From Mobula hypostoma (taxonomy: Eukaryota), in contig NC_086097.1 in the NCBI RefSeq assembly GCF_963921235.1, forward strand, positions 110,486,001-110,550,000: a stretch of DNA of 64,000 bases, in the 5' to 3' direction. The notes beneath the pieces were generated by a model. It made no database searches, had not been told where the DNA came from, and saw only the letters and a program-made list of their open reading frames with translations. Within the stretch, counting starts at the first letter, position 1, and the number at the start of each line of letters is the position of its first letter. Positions 38,327-52,039 of the stretch are shown one piece after another. Position numbers and translations under genes: made by a program.

Positions 38327-39085
38327 CCCTTATATATTGTAATGGTCCATGGAATAAAAATGTTGGGAACTGTTAGGGTATATTCTGGAATTATGGTATA
38401 TTACAAATATTAATTTCAACACCAACCAGTCTTCAGACCTGAATATGAACTGTAGATTGAATTTTAAATGTAGCCAGAACAATGGTCTTCCTGGAGCTGC
38501 AGACTGGGGTTGATTTCAAACCAGGAAACACCCATTCTCCTGAGATGTCTGCATAGAGACACAGAGGTGATTAATACTCAGTGTTGGTGTGAAGATCTGG
38601 AGGAGTTTGAAACTCAAAGGAAGCATTATGAATGACTCGTAACTACAGAAATTGTCCTGTTGTTAACTTTGTTCTCTAACATAAAAAAATGTGATGTAAC
38701 ATTGGGTCAGGAGGCCTCTTCTTCCAAGAGTGTCTCCAGTGTCATGCCTGCTTGTTGTCTGGAATGAAGACTTGGATATCCACTAGCTTCAGTGTCTCTC
38801 TGGTGTCTTCGATCAGTCACGACAGGAACCCCTGCCTTCAACAGATTCCTCTCATCGTCAGCTACTCTTTTCATCACACCCCTCAGCACTTACAGCAAGC
38901 AGGTGTTCGCTCCTTACTTACTCTTCACTGGATGCCCACTGTCCTCAATCCAGATCCAGTACTGGATTCCCAATTTACACTGCCATCCCTGCGAACATAG
39001 TTCCACCTGACTTCCTAACCTTGAAGCACTTTGTGTCAACTTATGCTCCAGTTTCAACACATAGCGGTACATTGATCATAGTTAC

Positions 39086-39175
39086 CCTGTCACAGCAGTA
39101 TCCACTTCATGTTTCAGAGGCATTGTGAGGATAAGTGTGTTGTCATGCAGAGTGTCATTATGCTCCACGTTCCCA
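39086..39175 (-). CDS. ITGA9: Integrin alpha-9 internal coding exon (90 nt, phase 2/2): (S)GNVEHNDTLHDNTLILTMPLKHEVDTAVT(G)
   Basis: Minus-strand acceptor ttttttgtgtttgttttctgcag and donor GG|gtaact. The translation matches human ITGA9 SGNTERSESLHDNTLVLMVPLMHEVDTSITG as recalled. Phase joins the next exon (GG+G = Gly). Confidence 0.93.
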
Positions 39176-40272
39176 CTGCAGAAAACAAACACAAAAAATC
39201 TTAGAAATCTGTATTATGTACGTGATCCTTCAGCAAAAGTCAAATAAGTACAATGCTGCATTGTTTTTTTTACCTCAGTGATGTTGGCAAAAGTCATTAT
39301 TCCTTTCAAAATTGCTCTACATTTGAATATTAAAAGTCACAATTGAAAAAAAACAGCTGCAGCATTCAATAACTCTAAAGGGTATTTTTAAATACTACAA
39401 TCATTGGATATTTTTGTAGACAAGTAATGATGTCCCACTGGATTAAAAGGAAACATAAAACATTGGAAGAATTCCAGAATTTGAAAGTGTTAACTGATAA
39501 TAATCTCAAAGGTCACAATGGATTGGAAACACTCTGTTGGCTCAAAGCCCCTCAATTTCAAGGTGAAAGGACCAAAAATCAAAGTGCTGCTGTCTCAAGA
39601 GACCCATAACGGAGTGTAAGAAGCACACTGAGTCTCTGCTTTATGGAAACAAAGTTAAATACATTCAAAACAAATTTCCATTAAAATTTAAACTTAGATA
39701 CTTAAATGTTACAACATTTTTAGTAATATAAAGATGCCTAGAATCTGAAATGATAAAGAATGCTATTAATTTACAGCTAATTAATCAGCTCCTGAAAAAC
39801 AATATATAGATTAATCTTTAAAGTGTGGACTCTTCATTACAGCTACAAACTGTATGCTAGTCTAATTTTTTTAATTGAACTGAGAAGTCTGAAGAAAGAG
39901 GAAATGTTATACTGTAAGTCAGAAATATGGAAATTGGTGGGTGATCAATGACCAATAACAGGAAGGGATTCAAATATCATTTTCAATACCAAAGTGGAAT
40001 GAGGGTCAGAGGTCATTCTGCCTCTTTCACCCTTTCCAAGTTGTTAATCAAGAGAAGCTTGAATTGGCAATCAGAGAGAGAGGTCTCTATTTCTGGTTAG
40101 AGACCACACCGACTGTACTTGGCTGGTGTGCTGCTCATTAACATTCATAGAGCTCATGCAATTAAACCTTTACTATAACAATGCCCTGGACAGTTGGAAC
40201 TGCTGAGAAGATGCACCATGTGGTTCTCTAACTTTCCACTTGTTTTGCAGTATGACCAACAATCACCTTTAA

Positions 40273-41299
40273 GACTACGTCCACACTATGCCAGATAATT
40301 TTGAAAACGCCGGTTTCGAGTAAAAACGACAGGCATCCACACTAAGCGTTTTTCAAAATATCTCCGTCCACATTAGACGGATATTTGGGCGATTCTCCTC
40401 CTACTGGGCACGCACAGGACATATCTACAGAAAACAAGCGAAGAGGAAATAGTATACTTGGTGCGCGTTTGTCCAGTTATAGAGTAGAAAAACTTAAAAG
40501 GACTTGCTCTTGGCTCTCGCGCAGGAGGACTATAAAACTAAAAAAAACAAATACTGGAGCGCATGGAGGCAACCGACAGGGAGTTCACGGACAGTATGAC
40601 CCAGCTGACAACGAACATTGAAAAACTGACTAATCCTGTTGCATTAATAAAGCACCTTGTTAAATGTATAAAACGTCTGCATCAGTGTTATCTTGTATTT
40701 CCATACAATGTTACATTAAGCTGTTACACATCTATTGTCAGAGAAGTACTTGCATAAATAGATGAACCATCTTCATACAAGCAAGGACAGAAAACAAGGC
40801 AAAGTGAGTATACTTATTTATTCAGTAAGCTATGGGTCAAAGTATTTGGTGAGTACATTTCTAACTCTTCTGGCTTCAGTCTCATTGCTGTCTGTTCTGA
40901 AATTGTTAGGTTGTATGGAGTTTGCGTTCAAGAAAACAACGAACATCTGTTCCGGCACGTCATGACAGCGTTTTTAAATAGCCAAAAAAGCTCACTTTAC
41001 AATTTAACTCTCACGCCATTCACACCGACTGTGCGTTATAACAGCTTGCACAGTACCAAGCAGAAGCCGAAAAAGCAATGTTGTTGTGGTGTTGTCATGA
41101 CAGAGTTTTTAAATCTCTCCGGTTACCCCATACACACTACAGAGGATATTAGGCGTTTTCAGATTTATTCACTCTGGAGTTAGTTTCTGAAAATCTCCGT
41201 TTTCAGGGGATGAAAACGCCGTTTCAGTGTGGACATAAGGTCAAAACGAAGAGAAAAAGCTTCATTTTCAAAATTATCCGGTGCAGTGTGGACGTACCC
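40273..41299. mobile_element. Non-autonomous PIF/Harbinger DNA transposon, 1027 bp
   Basis: Imperfect TIRs of about 34 bp: gactacgtccacactatgccagataattttgaaa and tttcaaaattatccggtgcagtgtggacgtaccc. 3-bp TAA TSD at 40270-40272 and 41300-41302. Confidence 0.9.
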
Positions 41300-41419
41300 T
41301 AAAATATTTAAATTGCATAACATAGGATGGGTATATGCTCTGAGTATAAAATCACACATTTTCAACTTTGGTATTGTGACATTCTTGCATCCTTCCACAT
41401 TTCTGCTCAGTAAAGCAAG

Positions 41420-41630
41420 TCTGTAAGGAGTTTGTGCATTCTCCCTGTGACCGTGTGGGTTTCCTGGAGGTCCCCACCGCCCCCACAGTCTGAAGACGTA
41501 CCGGCTGGTAGTTCATTGGTCGTTGTAAATTGTCCTGTGATTAGGCTAGGGTTAAATTGGGGATGCTGGGTGGTGCGTCTCAGAGAGCCAGAAGGGCCAA
41601 CTCTGCACTGCAGCTCAATAAATAAATAAA
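41420..41630 (+). mobile_element. 5'-truncated V-SINE
   Basis: tctgtaaggagtttgtgcattctccctgtgaccgtgtgggtttcc...(taaa)n. Confidence 0.8.
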
Positions 41631-43029
41631 AGATTAGAACTTCTCATCAAATGCTGTACCAAAGGCTGCTGACAGAACAAGGCATTTACATTTTAAATGC
41701 ACAAGCACAGAATTTATCTGTAAATTCAAATACAGTTATACTAATTTTAATTCTATTGTCTATAACATTAACTTCTACAGTATCTGTCCCAGTAAGGACC
41801 GCCTCTTAGAGTAATACAGCAGGTAAAGAGGCTCTTCAGCCCAACTCTTCCACATCCCAACCGTGGTGCCTGTCCAGAGCTTGCCTGTGGTTTGCCCAAA
41901 ATCAATTGTCTTTTAAAATGTTGTTATCACACCTAGCACAGCTCATTCCATGTGCACACCATTCTCCGTGTGAAGAAGCTGCCCTTCATTCACCACTCAC
42001 CTTTAACCTGTGCCCTCTAGTTTTTCATTCCTCTTCACACGGAAAAGACTATATCCATTAACCCTATCAATGTCCTCATGATTTTAAACACCAATTTTGT
42101 GGGTTCCTAGGAATACGGTCCTAGCCTGCCACCCTCAGGCATGCTGCATGACAGTGTGAATCCTCTATGTCTTTATGTCTGGAAGTGTCACGTATCCAAG
42201 CACCATCATTCATTGCCACTAAAGCTGCTGGCTCATATTATTGGATCTTGTAGCAGTTCCTTGTGCATATGACCTTTGCATGCATTGAACCAACTACTGA
42301 CTTCACTCCCCTCAGGTAAACTTTGCATTCATTCCTTTGATTGCCCAGTCTACGCTTTAGCTTCACCTGGAACCTCTTCAGATTCAAGACTGCCTGTACC
42401 TCAATCACTGCACCTATTTTCCATGATGACAGTCACCTCTCTGTCATATTGTCTTACCTAAGCAGACATTCTTGCACCTTCAAAACCTGTGCAGCAACAC
42501 AGAATGCCAGCACCTCCTCTTTTGTAATGTTGGTATGTTTCAACGTATCACTTCCATCTTCCCTGAACTCAATAGCTTCCCTACCTTTCTCCACTGTAAA
42601 TACAGCTGAGAAGCATTAAATTAGACCTTGCCCATTTCCCATGATTCCACACTTAGATGAACACACTGACCTAAGGAGACATGTTCTCTCCCTCATTACC
42701 TTTTATCCTTAATATATTTAAAGAATCTTTAAGATGCTCCTGTACCTGAACTGCTAGGGCCTCTCATCTCCTCTTTCGGCTCTGCTAAGTTCCCTTTATA
42801 CTAAGCTTGTATCCCTTTTATTCCCTCAAGAGACTCACTTGATTCTTGCTGCCTAACCCTGACAGTTGCCTTCTCCTCTCTTCTAACTGGACCCTGAATA
42901 TCCCTTGTCGATCACAGTTCCCAAATTTTGGCTGTCCTATTCTTCACTCTAACAGTCTCACGCTCGTTCTGTACCCCATCTCAAATTTAAAAGTCTCCCA
43001 GTCGCCACATGCCCCATCATATTTATGAA

Positions 43030-43710
43030 GAAGAGGAGTGTAATTACTAAGAAAGTACGGCAGCACCTCTATTTCCTTGGAAGTTTTTGAAAATTTGGCA
43101 TGACAGCTAAAACCTTGGCAAATTTCTACAGGTGAGTAGCAGAGTAGAGGGACTGGTTGCATCACAGCCTGGTATGGAAACACCGAATGCACTTGAATGG
43201 AAAATCCTACATAAAGTGGTGGATATGGCTCAGTCCATCAGCGCTGTTGCAGGAAAGCAGCATCCATCATCATGGACTCCCACCACCCATGCCATACTCT
43301 CTTCTCGCTGCTGCCATCAAGAAGAAAGCATAGGAACCTCAGGACTCAAACCACCATGTTCAGGAACAGTTACTAACCATCAATCATCTGGCTCCTGAAC
43401 CAGAGTGGATAACTTCACTCACCCCATCACTGAACTGTTTCCACAACCTATGGACTCACTTTCAAGGACTCTTTGTCTCATGTTCTTGATATTTATTGTT
43501 TATTTATTTATTATTATTCTTTTTTTTATTTTGTAATTGGACAGCTTGCTGTCTTTTGCACATTGTTCTTTGTCCACCATGTTGGGTGAGGTCTTTCATT
43601 GATTCGATTATGTTTCTTGGATTTACTGAGTATGCCCACAAGGAAACCAAATCTCAGGGTTGTATATGGCGACATATATGTACTTTGATAATAAACTTAC
43701 TTTGATCTTT
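43030..43710 (+). mobile_element. Rex1/Babar-type LINE 3' end
   Basis: Similarity to 27880-28500 and the family tail tgtactttgataataaacttacttt. Confidence 0.8.
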
Positions 43711-44649
43711 ACCTGCTAACAGCAATGCCTAATCAAACTTAACAAGTTTCTATTTAATATAATCGATATTAACCTTGCTTAAATTTAGGACTTTAACTGG
43801 TAGATCAGTCCTATTTTTAACCATAACTATTTTAAGACTCATTAAATTATAGTCACTGGTCCCAAAGTGCTAGCCCACTGACACTTCAGTCAACATGCCC
43901 AGCCTCAGGAGGAGGTCCAGTGCAGCTCCTCCTCTCACGAAGGGTCATATTGCTTGATGAAACTTTCCAGAACTCGCTCACGGATTCTGCCCTAACCTCT
44001 TCAGACTGTGGCAGACCCAGTCAATAACAGGGAAGATAAAATCCTATTACAACTCCTGTTATTGCTGCCACTATCTATGATTTTATTGCATAATTGTTCC
44101 TCTAATTCCTTTTATCAGGGGGCCTGTAGTACAATCTGCATGGAGTTTTCACTTACACAGTGTGACAGTGTGGGTTTCCCTCATTGCTAAGGTTTCATTC
44201 CACATCCCAAAGACACATTGGTAAGTTAATAGGCTGCAGTAAATTACCTGAATATTGGGGCTATGTGATAAAATATACTAAGGTAAGTTGATTGGCATAT
44301 GAGAGAAAACAATGTGAGAGGCTAGAGAGAATGGGTCTGATGAGCTTGCTCTTCTGGGAGACAGCAGGATTGTGATGGGCAGAATGGCATCCTAATGGCT
44401 ATTGGTTAGTAAATCAGTAAGTCAGTTACTCATTGAATAACAATAGATTGAATCTTGCAGGTAAATGCCGGCAACGTGCATAGGAGGTACCAGCATACAT
44501 CCCAGTTATTGGAAATTTGGAAGATTTGCTCTTTTTTTTCCGTGCACGTTGGGTGTTTGGTGTTTTCTTTCAACGGGTTCCATGGTGTTTCTTTGTTTCG
44601 TGGCTGCCTGCAGAAAGACAAGCCTCAGGGTTGTATTCTGTATGGATAC

Positions 44650-47600
44650 CATGATGATACCACATGCTAGCGAGGGCAAGAATAGTAGGATCAGGCAGAT
44701 GAATGCCTGGCTGAGAGACTGGTGCAGGGGGCAGGGCTTCAGATTCTTGGATAATTGGGATCTCTTCTGGGGGAAGTATGACCTGTTCGAAATGGACAGG
44801 TTACACCTGAACCCGTAGGGGACCAATATCATATAACCATATAACAATTACAGCACAGAAACAGGCCTTCTAGTTCTGGCGGGAAAGTTTAATACAGCTG
44901 CTAGGGAGGGTTTAAACTAATTTGGCAGGGGGATGGGAACCGGAATGATAGAGCAGAGGAAGGGGAAAACAGAAATAAATATAAGATAGTGAGCAGTAAA
45001 GATGTCAGGAAAGACAGGCAGGTGATGGGGCAAATTTGTAGCCATTGGCATGAGTTGCAGTGAAATCAAAGCAAAAAGTACCAAATACTGGTCTTAAGTT
45101 GCACGCAGCATAAGGAATAAGGTGGATGATCTTGTCGTACAGCTACAGATTGGCAGGTATGATATTGTAGCCATCACTGAGACGTGGCTAAAGGATACAT
45201 GTCTCTGGGAGCTGAACGTCCAAGGATACACGGTGTATCGGAAGGATAGGAAGGTAGGCAGAGGGGGAGGCGCGGCTTTATTGGTAAGAAACGATATTAA
45301 ATCATTAGAAAGAGGTGATATAGGATCAGAAGGGGCAGAATCTTTATGGGTTGAGCTTAGAAACTGCAGGGGTAAAAGGACCCTGATGGCAGTTATTTAT
45401 AGGCCTCCAAACAGCTGCAGTGATGTGGACTACAAATTACAACAGGAAATAGAAAAGGCTTGTCAGAACAGCAGTGTTATGATAATTGTGGGGGATTTTA
45501 ACATGCGAGTGGATTGGGAAAATCAAGTCGGCACTGGATCTCAAGAGAGAGAATTTGTAGAATGTCTGCGAGATGGCTTTTTAGAACAGCTTGTTGTTGA
45601 GCCCACTAGGGGATCGGCTGTACTGGATTGGGTACTGTGTAATGAACCGGAGGTGATTAGAGAGATTGAGGCGAAGGAACCCTTAGGAGGCAGTGATCAT
45701 AACATGATTGAGTTCACAGTGAAATTTGAAAAAGAGAAGCCGAAATGTGATGTGTCGGTATTTCAGTGGAGTAAAGGAAATTACAGTGGCATGAGAGAGG
45801 AACTGGCCAAAGTTGACTGGAAAGGGACACTGGCGGGAAAGATCGCAGAGCAGCAGTGGCTGGAGTTTATGTTAGAAGTGAGGAAGGTGCAAGACAGGTA
45901 TATTCCAAAAAAGAAGAAATTTTCGAATGGAAAAAGGATGCAACCGTGGTTGACAAGAGAAGTCAAAGCCAAAGTTAAAGCAAAGGAGAGGGCATACAAG
46001 GAAGCAAAAATTAGTGGGAAGACAGAGGATTGGGAGGTTTTTAAAAGCTTACAAAAGGAAACTAAGAAGGTCATTAAGAGGGAAAAGATTAACTATGAAA
46101 GGAAGCTAGCAATTAATATCAAAGAGGATACTAAAAGCTTTTTCAAGTATATAAAGAGCAAAAGACAGGTGAGAGTAGATATAGGACCGATAGAAAATGA
46201 TGCTGGAGAAATTGTAATGGGAGATAAGGAGATGGCGGAGGAACTGAATGAGTATTTTGCATCTGTCTTCACTGAGGAAGACATCAGCAGTATACTGGAC
46301 ACTCAAGGGTGGCAGCGAAGAGAAGTGTGCGCAGTCACAATTACGACAGAGAAAGTACTCAGGAAGCTGAAAAGTCTAAAGGTAGATAAATCTGCCGGAC
46401 CAGATGGAATGCACCCTCGTGTTCTGAAAGAAGTAGCTGTGGAGATTGCGGAGGCATTAGCGATGATCTTTCAAAAGTCGATAGATTCTGGCATGGTTCC
46501 GGAGGACTAGAAGATTGCAAATGTCACTCCGCTATTTAAGAAGGGGGCAAGGAAGCAAAAACGAAATTATACACCTCTTAGCTTGACGTCGATGGTTGGG
46601 AAGTTGTTGGAGTTGATTGTCAAGGATGAGGTTACAGAGTACCTGGAGGCATATGACAAGGTAGACAGAACTCAGCATGAATTCCTTAAAGGAAAATCCT
46701 GCCAGACAAACCTATTACAATTTTTTGAGGAAATTACCAGTAGGCTAGACAAGGGAGATGCAGTGGATGCTGTATATTTGGATCTTCAGAAGGCCTTTGA
46801 CAAGGTGCCACACGAGGCTACTTAACAAGATAAGAGCCCGTGGAATTACGGGAAAGTTACATACATGGATAGAGCGTTGGTTGATTGGCAGGAAACAGAG
46901 AGTGGGAATAAAGGGATCCTTTTCTGGTTGGCTGCCGGTTACCAGTGGTGTTCCACAGGGATCAGTGTTGGGGCTGTTTCTTTTTACATTGTACATCAAC
47001 GATTTGGATTATGGAATAGATGGCTTTGTAGCTAAGTTTGCTGATGATACGAAGATAGGTGGGGGGCCGGTAGGGCTGAGGAAACGGAGAGTCTGCAGAG
47101 AGACTTGGATAGATTGGAAGAATGGGCAAAGAAGTGGCAAATGAAATACAATGTTGGAAAGTGTATGGTTATGCACTTTGGTAGAAGAAATAAACGGGCA
47201 GACTATTATTTAAATGGGGAAAGAATTCAAAGTTCTGAGATGCAATAGGACTTGGGAGTCCTCGTACAGGATCCCCTTAAGTTTAACCTCCAGGTTGAGT
47301 CGGTGGTGAAGAAGGCGAATGCAATGTTGGCATTCATTTTTAGAGGAATAGAGTATAGGAGCAGGGATGTGATGTTATGGCTCTATAAGGCACCGGTGAG
47401 ACCTCACTTGGAGTACTGTGGGCAGTTTTGGTCTCCTTATTTAAGAAAGGATGTGCCGACGTTGGAGAGGGTACAGAGAAGATTCACTAGAATGATTCCA
47501 GGAATGAGAGGGTTAACATATGAGGAACGTTTGTCTGCTCTTGGACTGTATTCCTTGGAGTTTAGTAGAATGAGGGGAGACCTCATAGAAACATTTCGAA

Positions 47601-47965
47601 TGTTGAAAGGCATGGACAGAGTGGATGTGGCAAAGATGTTTCCCATGATGGGGGAGTCTAATACGAGAGGGCATGACTTAAGGATTGAAGGGCGCCCATT
47701 CAGAACAGAAATGCGAAGAAATTTTTTTAGTCGGAGGGTGGTGAATCTATGGAATTTGTTGCTACGGGCAGCAGTGGAGGCCAAGTCATTGGGTGTATTT
47801 AAGGCAGAGATTGATAGGTATCTGAGTAGCCAGGGCATCAAAGGTTACGGTGAGAAGGCAAGGGAGTGGGACCAAATGGGAGAATGGATCAGCTCACGGT
47901 AAAATGGCGGAGCAGACTCAATGGGCTGAATGCCCAACTTCTGCTCCTTTGTCTTATGGTCTTAT
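44650..47965 (+). mobile_element. Young, near full-length CR1 ORF2 (APE endonuclease plus RT) with ORF1 esterase end; disabled by stops and frameshifts
   Basis: ORF 45122..46510 (IVAITETWL, GGGAALLV, IYRPP, VGDFN, GGSDHN), then [37 protein letters not shown] and a tatggtct tail. Confidence 0.97.
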
Positions 47966-50838
47966 AAATGTACTTTGAATCTTTGAAGGTTGGTGCATGT
48001 GCATCTAAATAGAAGAGCTCTGACCTTAGCCACAGATTCCACTGGCCAATTCAGCCGGTGATCTCCAGGGCTGGATTCTGCATGGAGCACAGTGGTGGAG
48101 CATGAACTTGCTGACATTCTAAGAACTTAATGGAGAATCTCTTCAGGCATCCTGTGCCCAGCTATTGAATTTCAGGGCAGAAGTGGCAAATTCAAGGAGG
48201 AATAATTCTAAGATGATTGGAGTAAAGTATGGGGGGGTGGGGGATGTCAGAGCTAAGTTTTTAGAGAGAGTGTGTGCCCTGCCAGGGATGGTGGTAGAAG
48301 CAGACACATTAGGGGCATTTACAAAACTCATGGATGATAGAAAAATGGAAGGCTAGGTAGGAGGGAAGGGATAGGTTGATCTTATTGTAGGTTAAAAGAT
48401 TGGCACAACATTGTGGGCTGAAAGGACTGTACTGTTCTCTGTTCTATGTTTATATTGCTACATGTCAAACAGTGTTAGTTCAACAATCACAATTTTCTGT
48501 TTTGGGTGGGAAAAATAACTATTAGTTAAGTACCATTGCTTAGTTTTGGAATTGTTCCACTGGTTCAATAATTGAATCCATGAAACAGGTGGGACTCAGC
48601 CCAGAGGTTGAGTCTCGGATGGACTTCAGCCTGATCCCACAAAAAGCATGGAATCTTGCTATTAAATTCATTAGGATATAGCTCTGGAAAAGCAGTAAAT
48701 AATCTGTATGTACCAGGACTGCATTGGACCCAGAAACACTGGTAAGCTCTCAGCTTGCTGAGTGAGCTGGAACAACTTAAAGCGATTAATGATGCCAGTG
48801 AATAGCTGTTGGTTTTGGTAACATTGTTTCCATATTTGCCATGTATGGAATTTTTGTGAACATTCTGCCAAATTCTAAACACTGCTAATTTTAGCTTATT
48901 AAGAGTTTCCTCTTATTAAATCAAAACAATTCCCTCACTGACATTTTTCATTTTAACAGATTCACTGCATATTTGAACTTGTGCATGTTACTGCATCTGA
49001 TAGCTCCATAGGGACATCTTTGTGCAATCTTTGTTACTTTTCAGAGGACAACAGTTGAGTGCTTGTTACAGCTACAGCAATGGGTAAGAATCACATTGTT
49101 AGAAGAACTCAGCTGATGCAGGGTCTCAACCTAAAATGTCAACCATCCCTTTTGCTTCAGATTCCAGCATTTGCAATCTCTTATGTATCTGATATCTCAG
49201 GGATAGCTGGACACATCTGCATTAATGCTGAATTAAACAGAGGATAGGCCACCTTAACAGACCAAGGACTAGATTACAAACTGAACATATCAAAACCTCT
49301 GAGTTCCTTGCTGTTAGGAAGTGGCAAGGCCATATGTTCCCCTGCGGTTTACACAGGGAGTGTTGTATTTCAAATGCACAGTTCCATGAAATCAGGGGCT
49401 TTGATTAAATTCGGTGTGAAGGCTAGCTTTCATTATACCGAATTGGATTTCAGACACAAGTGATCGGTGACACAATTACTTGATTGGCGGCTTGTGTTAG
49501 CAGAACCCCTCAGTGATGTCAGAATTCTATCAGGAGTTAACGTGAATCAGAGACCCCACCAGATATCAGTGAATCGGGAGCTCCAATACTCCGGGTTGCT
49601 CTATTGTAATATGACAAACTGTACGAACAGAGTTAGGGGCAGGAGTTTGAAGAGAGCAAAAGTTTAGAAATGAGTTGGGAGTATAAATTATGTGACTCCT
49701 TTTTTATCCTCAGGACAGTGTACACAACCCAAATGAAGTATCGTTCCTGTTGAAACAGAGGGCATGGTATTAAAGCTTATCGGTAGCGATTTTAAGTCTC
49801 AAATCACTTCACACAAATTAAATTGCAATTGTCTTCTGTTCGTTTGGTGACAAATCAGAAGCAGTAAGATTCCACTAACTGGCCTGAGTTGAGCCTCTGG
49901 AGTCAAGAATTCTAGTGTCCTCTGTAGCTCTTACTGACTCCTACTGCCACATCTAAATTGGCCAAAATGTAGTCAACATAGTCTACCCTACGTTGCCGCG
50001 TTTAAATTTCCCAAGGAATATCATGTAGTATTTAAGCAAAATTCTTTAATTATTTTCAGCTTTTCTTGTCTCCTCCTGTTCATTCCCTTCTGTGTAGCAT
50101 TGTTTTCTAGAAAATGGGCAAAGGTAAGAAAAATCTGCAGCTGCAGGTCAGACAGCCAACAGAACAGGCAAGGCCTGACATAGCTACTATATACAACCCC
50201 CAAAAGAATGACATTGTTTAATCACAAACATATACATACAAAATCTAGTGTTAAAGCATCAGCATACTTAGTACTGATTGCATATCACTAAGGCAATTTG
50301 CTATAATGCAGATTTTAAAAAAGAAATATAAACAAAAAAACTTGTTCCCAACCCCAATCCATATGGTTTTACCTCTTTTTCAAAAACAGAAATTTACTTA
50401 GTATAGTGTAACTTTCAGGAGACTGACTGTAATTAACTAACCAATCAGGCACCCCCACCAACCACCCGAACGCGAACTCAATCAGCAGCTGGTTCTGTTT
50501 AAGAATATCACAGGAACTACAAGAATGCGGCAGACCAATGTATTATGCAATTTATTTATTAGGCACGCTTTATACAAGCCAGAAAGAGATCCAGGCCAAG
50601 ATCTTCGAGCTATGATTCATCCTATTCATTCTTCATGCTCTTTTCAACTATTTTGAGTAAACACTTGGTTCTAAAATGTTAAAAAAAACATATGTATTGT
50701 AACCAAAGCCTTTGCAATAAAAAGCACGTTTGCAACAAAGGAACTAAGCATTAATTTTTTATTTTATCCCTTTGCATTTTGTACAGACACTCTTGCGCCT
50801 AGAGTCACTTTGTGAATATACAATCAATGTATATGAGC

Positions 50839-51382
50839 CAGACATCCCACCTCTCCTGGAAGTTCCGGGAGTCTCCCACATATTAATAGTGGGTCCCTGA
50901 TGCCCGCAAATTAAATACAATGTCCCGGAAATCAATTTTTTTGAGAGAGCGAGAGCGAGAGAGAGAGAGAGCGGGAGAGACGAGAGCAAGAGAGCGAGAG
51001 CGACCGTGGGAGAGCGAGCGCGCGCGCCATGGCAGAGTGTTCCAAAAAAAGAAAATATAAAACGTACATCACCCCAGACTACCATAAAGTGTACCCCTGC
51101 CTAACAGGGGTCAACAATAATGACAGAGCTGCTCACTGCACTTGTTTGCAACAGTGACTTTTCTATTGCCCATTGTGGGCTAAGACTGTAAAAGACATGT
51201 TGAGGTGAGTTTAACAGGTGTCATTCATTCATTAGCATAGCTAACGTTATTTAAACTAGCTGGCCAGCTGCTAAGGAGCTACTCTATTGCAGACATCCCA
51301 CCTCTCCCGGAAGTTCCGGGAGTCTCCCGCAAATTGATGGTGCTACCTCCCTGAAATGAGTTTTTGCAGGGTGGGATGTCGG
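50839..51382. mobile_element. Non-autonomous DNA element (hAT-like) with an internal copy of its left end
   Basis: Left end cagacatcccacc, right end ggtgggatgtcgg. The left 40 bp recur at about 51290-51329. The TSD is only degenerate (atatgagc / ataagc). Confidence 0.65.
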
Positions 51383-52039
51383 ATAAGCTATCTTACGTAT
51401 TTATATTTGTTTTTTTTAATATTGTGTTCTTTTTTGTCTTATCGTTTTTCAGTGCTGCATCAGATCCAGAGTAACAATTATATTGTTCTCCTTTACACTG
51501 AGAATTTGAAATAACATTAAATATCCTTGAGTCTTTGTACCATGTGGCCAGAGTTGTAATGACACAGTGTAGTTGTAGGATTAAGTTATAGGAGGCAACT
51601 TCCAGTGAGACTGAGACTGTGACTAGGGAGGCAAGATAAAACTGCTAAGATTTACAAGGTCCTGAGATCTCACACAAGCTACATCTGGACAGTGTTTTAG
51701 AGTGAAATGACATGATAGATCCTCAAATGTCTGGGGCATACAGTCAAACTGTGGAGTTCGTATCATGAAGATTTATTGGGTGATTATGCTGTCATTTGCA
51801 GCACACGTTAGGATGGTATCAGCATTAGTTCCTTGGGTAGGCTAGTTGAAAGCTGATTCCCCAGAGTAGGAGCATGAATCTTAACGATCTGAGAAGGCAG
51901 CAAAGTTCACATTCAGATTTATTACCATTGACATATCTTGTGAAATGAGTAGTTTTGTGGCAGCATAACACCTCAGGATATAAAAAAACTATAACTTACA
52001 AAATATGAATAAATAGTGCAAAAGACAAAAAGTTATCAT

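Noticed and set aside
38371..38681. Possible solo LTR (tgttaggg...ctctaaca)
   Set aside because: A short terminal inverted match is present but there is no TSD and no second copy in the window.
45122..46510. 462-aa ORF as a host or domesticated gene
   Set aside because: It is the endonuclease half of a CR1 ORF2 ended by a premature stop. Downstream frameshifts show ordinary decay.
50111..50123. Plus-strand 13-nt micro-exon (ttttctag|AAAATGGGCAAAG|gtaaga)
   Set aside because: Too short to distinguish from chance, opposite to the host gene, and with no partner exons.
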